The notes under the pieces were generated by a model that saw only the letters and a list, made by a program, of their open reading frames with translations, searched no databases and was not told where the DNA came from. A program made the translations under genes and the position numbers. From assembly GCA_024653945.1 (NCBI GenBank), contig JANLIT010000003.1, forward strand, positions 162,936 through 226,935: 64,000 nt of DNA, given 5' to 3'. Source of the stretch: Candidatus Campbellbacteria bacterium (GTDB lineage: Bacteria; Patescibacteriota; Minisyncoccia; Phycocordibacterales; EsbW-18). Of this stretch, positions 5,723 through 14,971 are shown one piece after another. The number at the start of each line of letters is the position of its first letter. Position 1 is the stretch's first letter.

Positions 5723-8386
5723 TTATACAAAGGCTTGCGCTGGGCGAATGGCTCCCTCACGCCTTCTTTTGAACACAAGAAGTTTAACGATTTCAATAAT
5801 GGCAAGGTTTAGAGCAGCCGAAACTACGAACAAACCCCAGCCAAATGCTCCCGGTGAAACGACTGAGAGAAGATTCTGGAGAACTGGCACGGTAAGGGTC
5901 AACACAAACAAGAGTGTGTTTGTAACGACTGCCCAAAAAAGATACGGGTTGTTGAAAAGTTTGATGCGCCACACTGGCTCCGACAAACTTTTAAGAGACA
6001 GTGCGAACACGATTGCACCAAGAGAAAGGACACCGAACATGAGTGTTCGAATGTATTCAATAGAGAAATCAAACGACGATAGAGCTATAAAAATACCAAA
6101 TGCCAGCGCCCCAGACACAACACCACTTATAAGAATCATCTTCTTCACGTTTGATGAGAGGAGTGTTTTTACTCCCTCACTTTTTGGATTACGTCGTAAC
6201 ACATCACTCTCAACGGGTTCAAACGCAAACGCAAACGACAACACACCTTCCTCAATAATATTGAGCCACAAAATTTGTACTGGCAAAATAGGCAACTGCA
6301 TGCCCGCAATAATTGCACCGATAATAATCATAATTTCTCCGAAGCTCGTAGAAAGAAGGTGTGTCACCATTTTCTTAAGGTTGTCCATGATGCGCCTTCC
6401 CTCTTCAATAGCGGACACAATGATGGAGAAACTATCATGAATGAGAACAAGATCAGATGCCTCTTTAGCAACCTCTGTGCCACTTCCAAGCGCAACCCCG
6501 ATGTCCGCTGCTTTGAGTGCTGGCGCGTCGTTAATACCATCTCCGGTCATAGCCACCACCTCACCTGCATCCTTCAACACCTTTGCCATGCGCATTTTTT
6601 GTAATGGAAGCACGCGAGCAAAGACACTGTGTGTTTGTAGTGCTTGTAATAATTCACTATCTGACATAGGCTCAATCTCTACTCCTGTCAGTACTGCATG
6701 TGCGCCATTAATTCCAACGGCTGCCGCGATTGTTGCTGCTGTTTTTTGATTATCTCCCGTAATCATACATACACGTGCACCCGCACTCTGTACGCGCAGT
6801 ACTGACCCACGTGCATCAAAACGAAGTGGATCTTCGAATGAAATAAGCCCGCCAAATACAAGGGTGTTGAGGACAGTCTCTCGTGTAAGATGTTGTACAT
6901 CAAACGTGTGTGGGACATCTTTCCACGCAACCGCAATAACACGATACCCCTTCTCACTTTCTCGTTCAAAGAAAGCATGCGTTTCATCTCTCTCTTCCTT
7001 TGATAGTTTCTGTTTTCCGTCAGTACCTTGCCATGTTGACGCATGTAGTAAAATTTCTGGAGCTCCCGCAACATACATACGTCTTTTTTTGGTCTCAGTA
7101 TCAACACGAACATAGGCAGCAAATCGTTCCTTTGAATTAAAAGGTACAGCCCCAACGGTTACGTGCGTATCAAACACAGCGCGTGGAACACCGAGAGCCA
7201 GCGCGCTTTCGGTCATAATTTTTTCCATTGGACGTCCATTCACATGTACATCGGTTTCTGTGGATGATTCAAACACAACATCCGATGCGAGCATGCCGAG
7301 ACGGAGAACGTGCTGTGCAGTACTTCCGAGTGAAAGCGCACCTTCATCTGCCGTGTATACATTTCTAAACGTCATTTCTGCCCGCGTGAGTGTTCCTGTT
7401 TTATCAGTCAAAATAAATGTCGTACTCCCCAGTGTTTCAGCAGTTATCATCGTACGCACAAGACCACCTTTTTCAAGTAGTCGTTCCATACCAACGGCAA
7501 GTGACACCGCGACCGCAGCGGGTAATCCTTCTGGAATCGCTGATACTGCAACAGCAACAGCGAGCAAGAGCATCGCACTGATAGATTCACCACGAAGTAT
7601 ACCGAGCACAAACACAACTGCCGTTACACCAGCAACCACAATGGAAATGAACCGAGCGAGTTTTGCAATATTTTTTTGAATAGGTGTCTGGTCGTCGCGC
7701 GTGGTGAGTAGTTGTTCTGCAATATTTCCCATCGCAGTTGCTGTGCCTATTGTCGTAACAAGTCCACGGGCATTCCCCGAAACCATAGATGTTCCCATCC
7801 ACACCATATTTTTTTGCTCTGTCAGTGGTGCATTGTAAAAAACAACTTCTGTTGTCTTTTCAACAGGCATAGGTTCACCTGTCAGTGGTGCTTCATTACA
7901 AAAAACATCCCGCGCATCAAATAGTCGCGTATCAGCGGGAATCACCTCACCGGCTCGAATAACCACGATATCTCCTGGAACAATCTGCCGTGAAGGTATT
8001 CGAACAATACGCCCATCACGAACCACCAACGAAAAACGTTCCTGTGAAGATGTGAGGCGCTCAAACGCTCTGTCTGTTCTTCCCTCTTGGAATACTCCAA
8101 TGGCAATGTTAATGACAATGGCAAGTGCAATAACAATTGCATCTGTGTATGAGCCCAAAAAAAGAGTCGCCACAAATGCCAGCCCCAGTATAAGAACAAA
8201 GGGGCTTTTGAGGTAGCGCCACACTTTTCGAATAAACGACAGCCGAACACCTTTCTCAAAGTGATTTGGTCCAAAGAGTTTTTGACGACGATGTACTTCG
8301 TCAATAGACAATCCTTTGGTGGTATCTGCGCCGAGCCATTCGGCAACATCTGCTATTGGGTGTGCGTGCCATGCTCGTGCCTCCAT
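5723..8386 (-). CDS. Cation-transporting P-type ATPase (P-II, Ca2+-like)
   Basis: LTGE, IPEGL, DKTGTLT, ITGD and MTGDGINDAPAL motifs. Confidence 0.95.
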   Translation of the reverse strand: MEARAWHAHPIADVAEWLGADTTKGLSIDEVHRRQKLFGPNHFEKGVRLSFIRKVWRYLKSPFVLILGLAFVATLFLGSYTDAIVIALAIVINIAIGVFQEGRTDRAFERLTSSQERFSLVVRDGRIVRIPSRQIVPGDIVVIRAGEVIPADTRLFDARDVFCNEAPLTGEPMPVEKTTEVVFYNAPLTEQKNMVWMGTSMVSGNARGLVTTIGTATAMGNIAEQLLTTRDDQTPIQKNIAKLARFISIVVAGVTAVVFVLGILRGESISAMLLLAVAVAVSAIPEGLPAAVAVSLAVGMERLLEKGGLVRTMITAETLGSTTFILTDKTGTLTRAEMTFRNVYTADEGALSLGSTAQHVLRLGMLASDVVFESSTETDVHVNGRPMEKIMTESALALGVPRAVFDTHVTVGAVPFNSKERFAAYVRVDTETKKRRMYVAGAPEILLHASTWQGTDGKQKLSKEERDETHAFFERESEKGYRVIAVAWKDVPHTFDVQHLTRETVLNTLVFGGLISFEDPLRFDARGSVLRVQSAGARVCMITGDNQKTAATIAAAVGINGAHAVLTGVEIEPMSDSELLQALQTHSVFARVLPLQKMRMAKVLKDAGEVVAMTGDGINDAPALKAADIGVALGSGTEVAKEASDLVLIHDSFSIIVSAIEEGRRIMDNLKKMVTHLLSTSFGEIMIIIGAIIAGMQLPILPVQILWLNIIEEGVLSFAFAFEPVESDVLRRNPKSEGVKTLLSSNVKKMILISGVVSGALAFGIFIALSSFDFSIEYIRTLMFGVLSLGAIVFALSLKSLSEPVWRIKLFNNPYLFWAVVTNTLLFVLTLTVPVLQNLLSVVSPGAFGWGLFVVSAALNLAIIEIVKLLVFKRRREGAIRPAQAFV

Positions 8387-8433
8387 ATATGAGGTATGAT
8401 ACCATACTGACTATAACCACTAAGAAAAAATGT

Positions 8434-8886
8434 ATGTCGCTACACACAACTATAAAAGAAGGTATCAAGGACGCCATGCGCGCAAAAGACGCTGTTCGGC
8501 TCTCTGTATTGCGCGGGCTTCTTGCTGCATTTGTTAACGAGCTGGTCGTTATGAAGGAAAAACCAGATGGGGAGCTTTCTGATGACGTCGCTCTTACGGT
8601 GATTTCTCGAGAAGCAAAGAAGCATAAAGAGTCTATTTCTCAATTTGACGCCGCTGGACGAACAGATTTGTCCGAGGGCGAAAAGGCAGAGCTGGCTATT
8701 ATTGAAACATTTCTCCCTGCACAAATGAGCCGTGAAGAAATTGTGGCTGTTGTACAGAAGAAAAAAGAAGAACTTAATGCTGATGCATCACAAAAAGGTG
8801 TGTTCATTGGCGCTGTAATGAAAGAGCTCAAAGGAAAAGCTGACGGCAAAATTGTGCAAGAAGTGGTGAATGAAATACTGAAGTAG
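8434..8886 (+). CDS. yqeY: GatB/YqeY domain protein
   Basis: 'IKDAMRAKD..RLSVLR', 'KKHKESI.QF..AGR.DL', 'FLPAQMS', 'GKADGK.V'. Confidence 0.92.
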   Translation: MSLHTTIKEGIKDAMRAKDAVRLSVLRGLLAAFVNELVVMKEKPDGELSDDVALTVISREAKKHKESISQFDAAGRTDLSEGEKAELAIIETFLPAQMSREEIVAVVQKKKEELNADASQKGVFIGAVMKELKGKADGKIVQEVVNEILK

Positions 8887-8990
8887 ATACTAGAGATTGG
8901 AAACTAGATACTAGAAAACCGCGCGAAGTATCGCGCGGTTTTTGTATTTTTTAAATTTCCAGTATCCAATATCTAGTCTCCAGTATCTAC
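8883..8990. repeat. Inverted pair of 7-bp-periodic arrays (TAGATAC type) enclosing the yqeY terminator
   Basis: 8883-8917 is an imperfect reverse complement of 8956-8990; the hairpin AAAACCGCGCGA/TCGCGCGGTTTT lies between them. Confidence 0.8.
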
Positions 8991-9173
8991 CCACCTAGCA
9001 CTCCTCTCCTGTATTTGTAATACATGTACTGAATGGGATATCCGTTTCTGCATAGCGTGGAAATAATTGCATAAAATAATTCACCACGAAAAGAACCACA
9101 AAACTAAACAAGAGAACCATAACAAAACCAAACATGAAGTGAAAAAAACTGTGATTAAAGAGATTCTTCATAC

Positions 9174-11207
9174 TTAGAGGTTCTTCAATTTAAGAACAGA
9201 AATGACTGGAAATTGTTTTGCCTGTTTTTCAATGTAGTCCGCTACTTCTTGAGAAAAGACTATATCTGGATTTGTACCAAGACTTTCCTTCATAATCAAT
9301 CGTGCGCCAACAATATCACCGGCATATAGCGTCACGAGCGCATCCATAACGGGTGTGAGTGGATTTCCCGGAGAAAGCGGTCGTGCCATTTCCACTTCCT
9401 GCCGCGCTTCTTCAAGACGATTTTTTCCATACACCGTCTCAACCATAAGCAGGTAGGCATAACTCATGTGTGCGCGGTAATCAGTGGGCATAATTTCAAG
9501 ATATGTCTTATATACGACACCATACGCATCCAGTTGTTTAAGAACCACACCAAGAACCTCGCCTTGTTTTTCTAGAGCAGTTTTCGGAATAAAATCGAAT
9601 GACCCACTAATAAGCGAGGCAGACGCAAGGCGCATTGCTTCAAAATTAGACCTTCGCGAAAGTGCTTTTTCAATATGCTCAATTTGCGTGGCGGTATCTT
9701 TTGCGTCAAATATCTGGAAGAGCGCCTTTTGACGCCCATACTCTTTTCCTACAAGAACCCAGAAACCAAAAATACCCGCGAGCATAAGTGCCACACCAAT
9801 ACTTTTACTTAAAAGAGCGTACTTTTCGGGAACATTTTTTGACGGTTGTGGTAATGCAACCGTTTCTTTTTCAAGCCAGAGGCCATACCCGAGAAGAATT
9901 CCCAGAATGGTGTATGTGCTGACGGTATCAAACGCCGTCTGAAGCTGGAGAAAATGTGCAAATGGAAGAATGGCTAGTAGACATGCTTCCCCATATCCAA
10001 TCAAACCCACACGATGCGCACAAAATATCGTTCTCAAGAAGAACCCCACAAGAAGAAGTATGCTAAGTGCGCCAAGAATACCAACTGTCACAAGTGTATC
10101 AACAACAACGTTGTGTGCGCGGTCAAACCACACCTCTCCGAGGTTCTCTTTACTATAGAGCCGGCTATCAAAATATTGTTCGTGTGCAAAACGGAAGTTT
10201 TCAGGACCCCACCCAAGAAGAGGCCGCTCCGCAAATGCACGGAATCCTTCCTCCCACACAATAATACGTGCAGCGGAAGATTGTTCAACATATTTCTCTT
10301 GCACAATACTCCCCGGAACAAAAAGAAGACCGATGGCACTAAAGACTCCAACAAAAATAAGAGCGCTCCATACCCACGATGCACGTGCTTTATACGACAC
10401 AGTGACAAAACGATGGATCAGCATAAGACCCACACAGCACAACACAACGAGAAACATGGTGACACTTGATGCACGAGCGGCGCCAAGTATATTTACAGGA
10501 TCTGACAGCAAACCGGAAACACCCTGCAATCCTCTCCATATGCGTTCCCCAAAAAGAAGCGGGGAAAGCATCTGTACTACCACAAGCGTTCCAAAAACAT
10601 AACGTGCTCGTGACCTTTTTTCAGACCTCGTCCACTCAATTGCCGTAACCAAAAGAGCAATAAGTAAATACGCGCCAGCAAATGTTGTGTTTGTAAATGT
10701 GAGTCCTTGTATTTCAAAATTGATTGTAAATAAACGTCCAATCACACCCAAACCATTTGCACTAAAATACGTAAGGAGAGCAAAGAGTCCGCTTGAAACA
10801 GCAATTGTTCGACGAACCATACTCCAATCACGAACAGTTAACATTTCACTCGCACAAAACGCAAAAAGAGCAACAAATGAGAGAAAGAACAAACCTGAGG
10901 AACGAAGGATGTCAGACCATAAAGAGGCTTCTGGAAAAACTCCAAAAAATACTGAGAGATAAAAAAACACTACAGTTACAAAAAGTGCTCCAAGAAGCCA
11001 ACGTTTTTGTAAGAGAATGGTGTGTTTTTTCAAAACCAGCAGATATGCAGAAAGAAAGAAAATCACAGAAAACACAAAATCAACGAAGAAAAATTTTGCA
11101 TTTGTCCCACCATACACAAGGTGGCGAGAGACAACAAAAGGAAAAACAAGTATACATAGCGTGGTTATAATTCCCATGAGGCTCATTTTTTGTTGAACAT
11201 TTTTCAC
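9174..11207 (-). CDS. O-antigen ligase (Wzy_C) family glycosyltransferase with a TPR-like C-terminus
   Basis: Many TM helices; 'RIIVWEEG..AF.ERPLLGWGPENF' and 'FDRAHNVVVD..VTVGILG'. Confidence 0.88.
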   Translation of the reverse strand: MKNVQQKMSLMGIITTLCILVFPFVVSRHLVYGGTNAKFFFVDFVFSVIFFLSAYLLVLKKHTILLQKRWLLGALFVTVVFFYLSVFFGVFPEASLWSDILRSSGLFFLSFVALFAFCASEMLTVRDWSMVRRTIAVSSGLFALLTYFSANGLGVIGRLFTINFEIQGLTFTNTTFAGAYLLIALLVTAIEWTRSEKRSRARYVFGTLVVVQMLSPLLFGERIWRGLQGVSGLLSDPVNILGAARASSVTMFLVVLCCVGLMLIHRFVTVSYKARASWVWSALIFVGVFSAIGLLFVPGSIVQEKYVEQSSAARIIVWEEGFRAFAERPLLGWGPENFRFAHEQYFDSRLYSKENLGEVWFDRAHNVVVDTLVTVGILGALSILLLVGFFLRTIFCAHRVGLIGYGEACLLAILPFAHFLQLQTAFDTVSTYTILGILLGYGLWLEKETVALPQPSKNVPEKYALLSKSIGVALMLAGIFGFWVLVGKEYGRQKALFQIFDAKDTATQIEHIEKALSRRSNFEAMRLASASLISGSFDFIPKTALEKQGEVLGVVLKQLDAYGVVYKTYLEIMPTDYRAHMSYAYLLMVETVYGKNRLEEARQEVEMARPLSPGNPLTPVMDALVTLYAGDIVGARLIMKESLGTNPDIVFSQEVADYIEKQAKQFPVISVLKLKNL

Positions 11208-11230
11208 AGGAATATGTTATCACACCAGCA

Positions 11231-11340
11231 CAAAAACCGCCCCTAGACCGAGCGGTTTTTGTTTACATGCAGTAAGTGTGTGGCTTTTCAAACTTTTTTA
11301 ACTCACTCAATACAAAAACCGCCCCGAGGGGCGGTTTTTG
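11231..11340 (-). terminator. Two tandem terminators after the S-layer-like gene
   Basis: CAAAAACCGC...GCGGTTTTTG at 11231-11261 and again at 11313-11340. Confidence 0.75.
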
Positions 11341-11375
11341 CTATCTACTCTAACTACACGCTAGCAAAAGCTAGA

Positions 11376-13394
11376 TTAGTTGAGAGATACTGGAGTTGTC
11401 TTGAAGTCGTCAAGGTCAAACGTATATGTGTTTGCCTTAGCATCTCCAGTGTCAACGTCCCAACCAATTGCCTTAAGAAGCACTTGGAAGATACCTGCGT
11501 CTCCAACGTCATCGTTGGTTCGAGCAACAGTGAGTGTAAATTCAGTGTACTCACTGTCTGCTAGCTCAACATCGCCGGTTGCGTCAGTACCACCACCTGT
11601 TGTAGAGAAGGTAACGAGGTCTGAAGCATCATCAACAGTTGCTGTGCCACCCAATGTAATGTTGTAGAGGGTTGCGCCAGTTGCATCTGTTTGTGATCCA
11701 AGGATAGTTGTGCCAATCGTTGGTGCTGCAGTTGCTGAAACAAAAACTGTTCCATCAAATGCTTCAACGCGGTACTTCAATGTGAATGTACCAACATCGT
11801 TGTTTGCACCTGTGCTTTCACTAATATCTTCGTCTGCTGAAACAAAGGTAACAATGATACCGATATCGCGAACTTCTGACGCTGTTCCTGCAACCGTACC
11901 TGTCTTGTCACCGTTTATCAAGTCCTCACCTGACTCATCTTCAGCGTCAAAGCTAGCAAGTTCAGTTTGTGTCTCACCAAATGTGGCAAGAACGGTGTCA
12001 CCTGCTGCTAGGTCACCAGTGTCGGTGATACCAAAGAAGTCTGCTTGAACGAGGAATTCGTAGTCCTGACCTGCATCAAGTGTGAGGTCAAGATTGTCGA
12101 AGAGATAGGTTTCAGCTGTACCTACAGCCACACAGTCTGCGTCTTCACCAGTAGCTGCGTTACAGTCATCAGCCATAGATGCTGTTCCGACTTCTTCTCC
12201 GTCCATCAAGAGTGTAAGACCGGAGATCATTTCGTCAACGTTGTCTTGGGCTCCTCCCACTGCAATGTTAACAGGAATCGCATCAAGTACGACGTCTGAA
12301 TCTCCTTCTATCTCTACGTTGAATGAGAGAATGTCCTCATTGTCTGTTGAGTCAGTAGCGTGCACGTTAATAATGTGCGCGTCATTGACAGTGTTTTCAT
12401 CCGCACCATCAGAAATCTTAAATTCTGTGCTTGCTGCTGCAGCGAACAACTCAAATGAGAAAGTCGTTACAGCCATACCTGGGTCTTCAGAAATAAGAGA
12501 ACCATCCGCATCCTCAAAGCGAATTTGGCGGAAATCAACGTTCCACTCATCGCCGTCGTCGGCTGTGTCAAGGTTACTTACTCCTGAAAGAGCTACTGTG
12601 AGCTCTCCTGTTTCATCTGCGAGGATGATTGCACCATCGTCAAGTGAAACGGTCTTTGTCCAGTCGTTGTCGTCGTTAAACGCATCTGCGTCAACACGTC
12701 CAACTTCTTCACCGTCAAGCCAGATTGAGACCTCGTTTGCGTAATCCTCAAAGTCACCTGTAGCTCCCGTACCTTCATTGAAGACGAGGCGAACTGCTGT
12801 AAATGCGAGGTCTGACCCTTCGTCAACCTCCATTTCAAGTCCAGCAACTTCTACGTCCTCTTCATCTTCTCCAACTTCTTCGTTGGAAAGACTTGACATG
12901 AGGTTATAGTCAGCGACTGAACCTGCGCCACCTTCAAGCACGTTGCTTGATGTGTCATCGTCATCATCATCATCGTCACCTGCTGGAGGTAGTGGTGCGC
13001 CACAAACTGATGCGTATTTTGCTCGAGAAATCGCACCGAAGTATCCAGCTGCTGGCATAACACCATTAGCTGTTTGCCATGAAGCAACCGCTGCCTTTGT
13101 AATAGGACCAAAGAATCCTGTTGGAGCAACTGCGAACATGCCCTTTTCTGCAAGATAGCTTTGGAGAGCTGAGACGTCAGCACCCGAAACGCCATCTGTA
13201 AGATCGCGTGTGAACGCGTAACATCCGATGCTACTTGACGCACCACCCTGTAATTGAGCGATTTGTGCAAGAAGCGCTGTAATCTGCGCCTGGAGTTCGT
13301 CTGCTGTTGCTGCTTGTGCCTTAGGAGCAAATCCTCCGGCAACCAATGCAACTACAGCGAGAAGTCCCACCAAGCTGAGTTTTTTAAATAACAT
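11376..13394 (-). CDS. Secreted acidic S-layer-like protein with a peptidoglycan-binding domain
   Basis: Signal peptide, 'ELQAQITALLAQIAQLQ', PG_binding_1 motif (FTRDL..G.SG.DV.ALQ..L...TGFFGPITKAAV..WQ), Asp-rich beta body. Confidence 0.85.
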   Translation of the reverse strand: MLFKKLSLVGLLAVVALVAGGFAPKAQAATADELQAQITALLAQIAQLQGGASSSIGCYAFTRDLTDGVSGADVSALQSYLAEKGMFAVAPTGFFGPITKAAVASWQTANGVMPAAGYFGAISRAKYASVCGAPLPPAGDDDDDDDDTSSNVLEGGAGSVADYNLMSSLSNEEVGEDEEDVEVAGLEMEVDEGSDLAFTAVRLVFNEGTGATGDFEDYANEVSIWLDGEEVGRVDADAFNDDNDWTKTVSLDDGAIILADETGELTVALSGVSNLDTADDGDEWNVDFRQIRFEDADGSLISEDPGMAVTTFSFELFAAAASTEFKISDGADENTVNDAHIINVHATDSTDNEDILSFNVEIEGDSDVVLDAIPVNIAVGGAQDNVDEMISGLTLLMDGEEVGTASMADDCNAATGEDADCVAVGTAETYLFDNLDLTLDAGQDYEFLVQADFFGITDTGDLAAGDTVLATFGETQTELASFDAEDESGEDLINGDKTGTVAGTASEVRDIGIIVTFVSADEDISESTGANNDVGTFTLKYRVEAFDGTVFVSATAAPTIGTTILGSQTDATGATLYNITLGGTATVDDASDLVTFSTTGGGTDATGDVELADSEYTEFTLTVARTNDDVGDAGIFQVLLKAIGWDVDTGDAKANTYTFDLDDFKTTPVSLN

Positions 13395-13696
13395 ATCTAA
13401 TTCATTTTCTCTCGTTAGAGAGTAATTGATAATCTACTAATAAATGCTTATAACGTTTAACTAACTCCTTCACTCACAACGCCCCACATGGGTGCTGTGC
13501 TTAAAGGGTAGCTCACAAGAAGTAGGGGCCGGCTCACGGCTAGTGTCTTACAAAGCGCGTCATTCATTCTGAAAAAGCGTACTGAAATTGTGTGATTTCT
13601 GGGTTATGAAATTGTTAAGGAACAATCGTTCTGAAATAACATCCGCCACTGCAATACACCATTATATGTTCACAAGCGTACACTACCAAAGTACTT

Positions 13697-13705
13697 TGTG
13701 GATAA
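13697..13705 (-). promoter_or_regulatory. DnaA box
   Basis: TGTGGATAA is the reverse complement of TTATCCACA. Confidence 0.5.
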
Positions 13706-13891
13706 CGCAAAATTCTTTGTTGTAGTTGTACCCTTATATTCCCAATTAACGGCTCGTCCACTATACCACGAAACACCTTTCTTTACCAAGTGTTTTGGCA
13801 CACCCGTGGTCTGATGTGAGTATACACGAAAAATGGCCTGAAGTTACATGTTTGGGGGTGTGTTTAGAGGCCTAGAACAGGCTTCTGTAAT

Positions 13892-14671
13892 TTAGGCCTC
13901 GTGGACAAAATACGTTGTCCACCGGCGTTCTCCACGTTTCTCAAGAAGTCCTTGAGATACAAGATCAATGAGATCGCGCTGGATAGTTTTTTCACTGCAG
14001 TTAGGAATGTGCTTAGAAATGTCCTTTATCATTACATTTCCTTTTTCTCGCACAACAGAGAGAATCTTGTCCCTTCTTTCATTAACACCTGACTCACCTT
14101 TTATTGAATGCTGTTTCTTTTTAAAGACATTTTTTACATGCTTTTCTTGATATCCTTGATTAACAACATGTCCTTTATACATAGCTGGCAGAGGTTTGAT
14201 TGTAAGTCCACCAGAAAAAAGTGATTCCAGTGAGGAGCTGTGGATATCTGATATCTTTGCATATGTATCAAAAGCAACAATAAGAGACCGGAGCTCTCGT
14301 ATAAGGATATCCCCATTCATGGGTGAGATGACACCGGAGGAAGAACCAACCTCTATTAAAGACACTGCCTCTTTGGTGGCGCCCATGACGTCAAGGGAAG
14401 ATACGTTCGTCTTTTTGTCGTTGAGATTTGAGTATGAAGAGATAAAAGACATTATATCAAGAGCTTTTAACCTGAGGCGATTTCTGAGCGGGTCCTGAGT
14501 GTCCATGAGACCTGTTACAAGATATATGGCTGTTACTATCTTTTGTGAGTAGGAAGAGATTTCGTCATGAATTCCATTTTTAGGTACAACAGGAAATACT
14601 TCCGTTGAAATGTCCTTTTTGTTGTCCTTTTGATGAAACATATGTCTTTTATTCAATGACGTAAGAGACAT
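13892..14671 (-). CDS. Protein with a C-terminal DeoR-like winged HTH (true start possibly 14644)
   Basis: C-terminus 'RRDKILSVV...VMIKDI...IPNCSEKTIQRDL..LV..G.L.K.GERRWTTY'; helical N-terminus. Confidence 0.8.
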   Translation of the reverse strand: MSLTSLNKRHMFHQKDNKKDISTEVFPVVPKNGIHDEISSYSQKIVTAIYLVTGLMDTQDPLRNRLRLKALDIMSFISSYSNLNDKKTNVSSLDVMGATKEAVSLIEVGSSSGVISPMNGDILIRELRSLIVAFDTYAKISDIHSSSLESLFSGGLTIKPLPAMYKGHVVNQGYQEKHVKNVFKKKQHSIKGESGVNERRDKILSVVREKGNVMIKDISKHIPNCSEKTIQRDLIDLVSQGLLEKRGERRWTTYFVHEA

Positions 14672-14759
14672 TCAGAATAATACTCCACCTTGTTTAAAAG
14701 ACAAGAAGGTCAGGGACAAAACATGTAGCATGAAACATGTAACAAAACCTGACAAGATA

Positions 14760-14880
14760 CGGGGCATACGGAGCGAGCCCCGCCCTATACACAAACCCCT
14801 CGCCTGCCTGCCGGCAGGCAGGGAGCCCGTGAGGGCGAGAGCGAGTGCGTCCGCCTTAGGCGGGCGACACGTGTTTGTGG
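14760..14880. repeat. Cluster of GC-rich REP-like palindromes
   Basis: CCTGCCTGCCGGCAGGCAGG, CCGCCTTAGGCGG and CGGGGC...GCCCCG in the intergenic region before ftsK. Confidence 0.7.
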
Positions 14881-14901
14881 GAGGGCGGGGCGAGCGTAAA
14901 G

Positions 14902-14910
14902 TTATCCACA
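14902..14910 (+). promoter_or_regulatory. DnaA box upstream of ftsK
   Basis: Perfect TTATCCACA. Confidence 0.5.
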
Positions 14911-14971
14911 GGCACTTTTTGCACCCGATCAACACCAGCAACACCGCCGTGGCGTGGTACAATTCGCTTAT

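Noticed and set aside
13697-14910. Possible oriC because of the DnaA boxes
   Set aside because: Only two perfect boxes 1.2 kb apart, no dnaA or dnaN nearby, and the minus-strand gene bias is the same on both sides.
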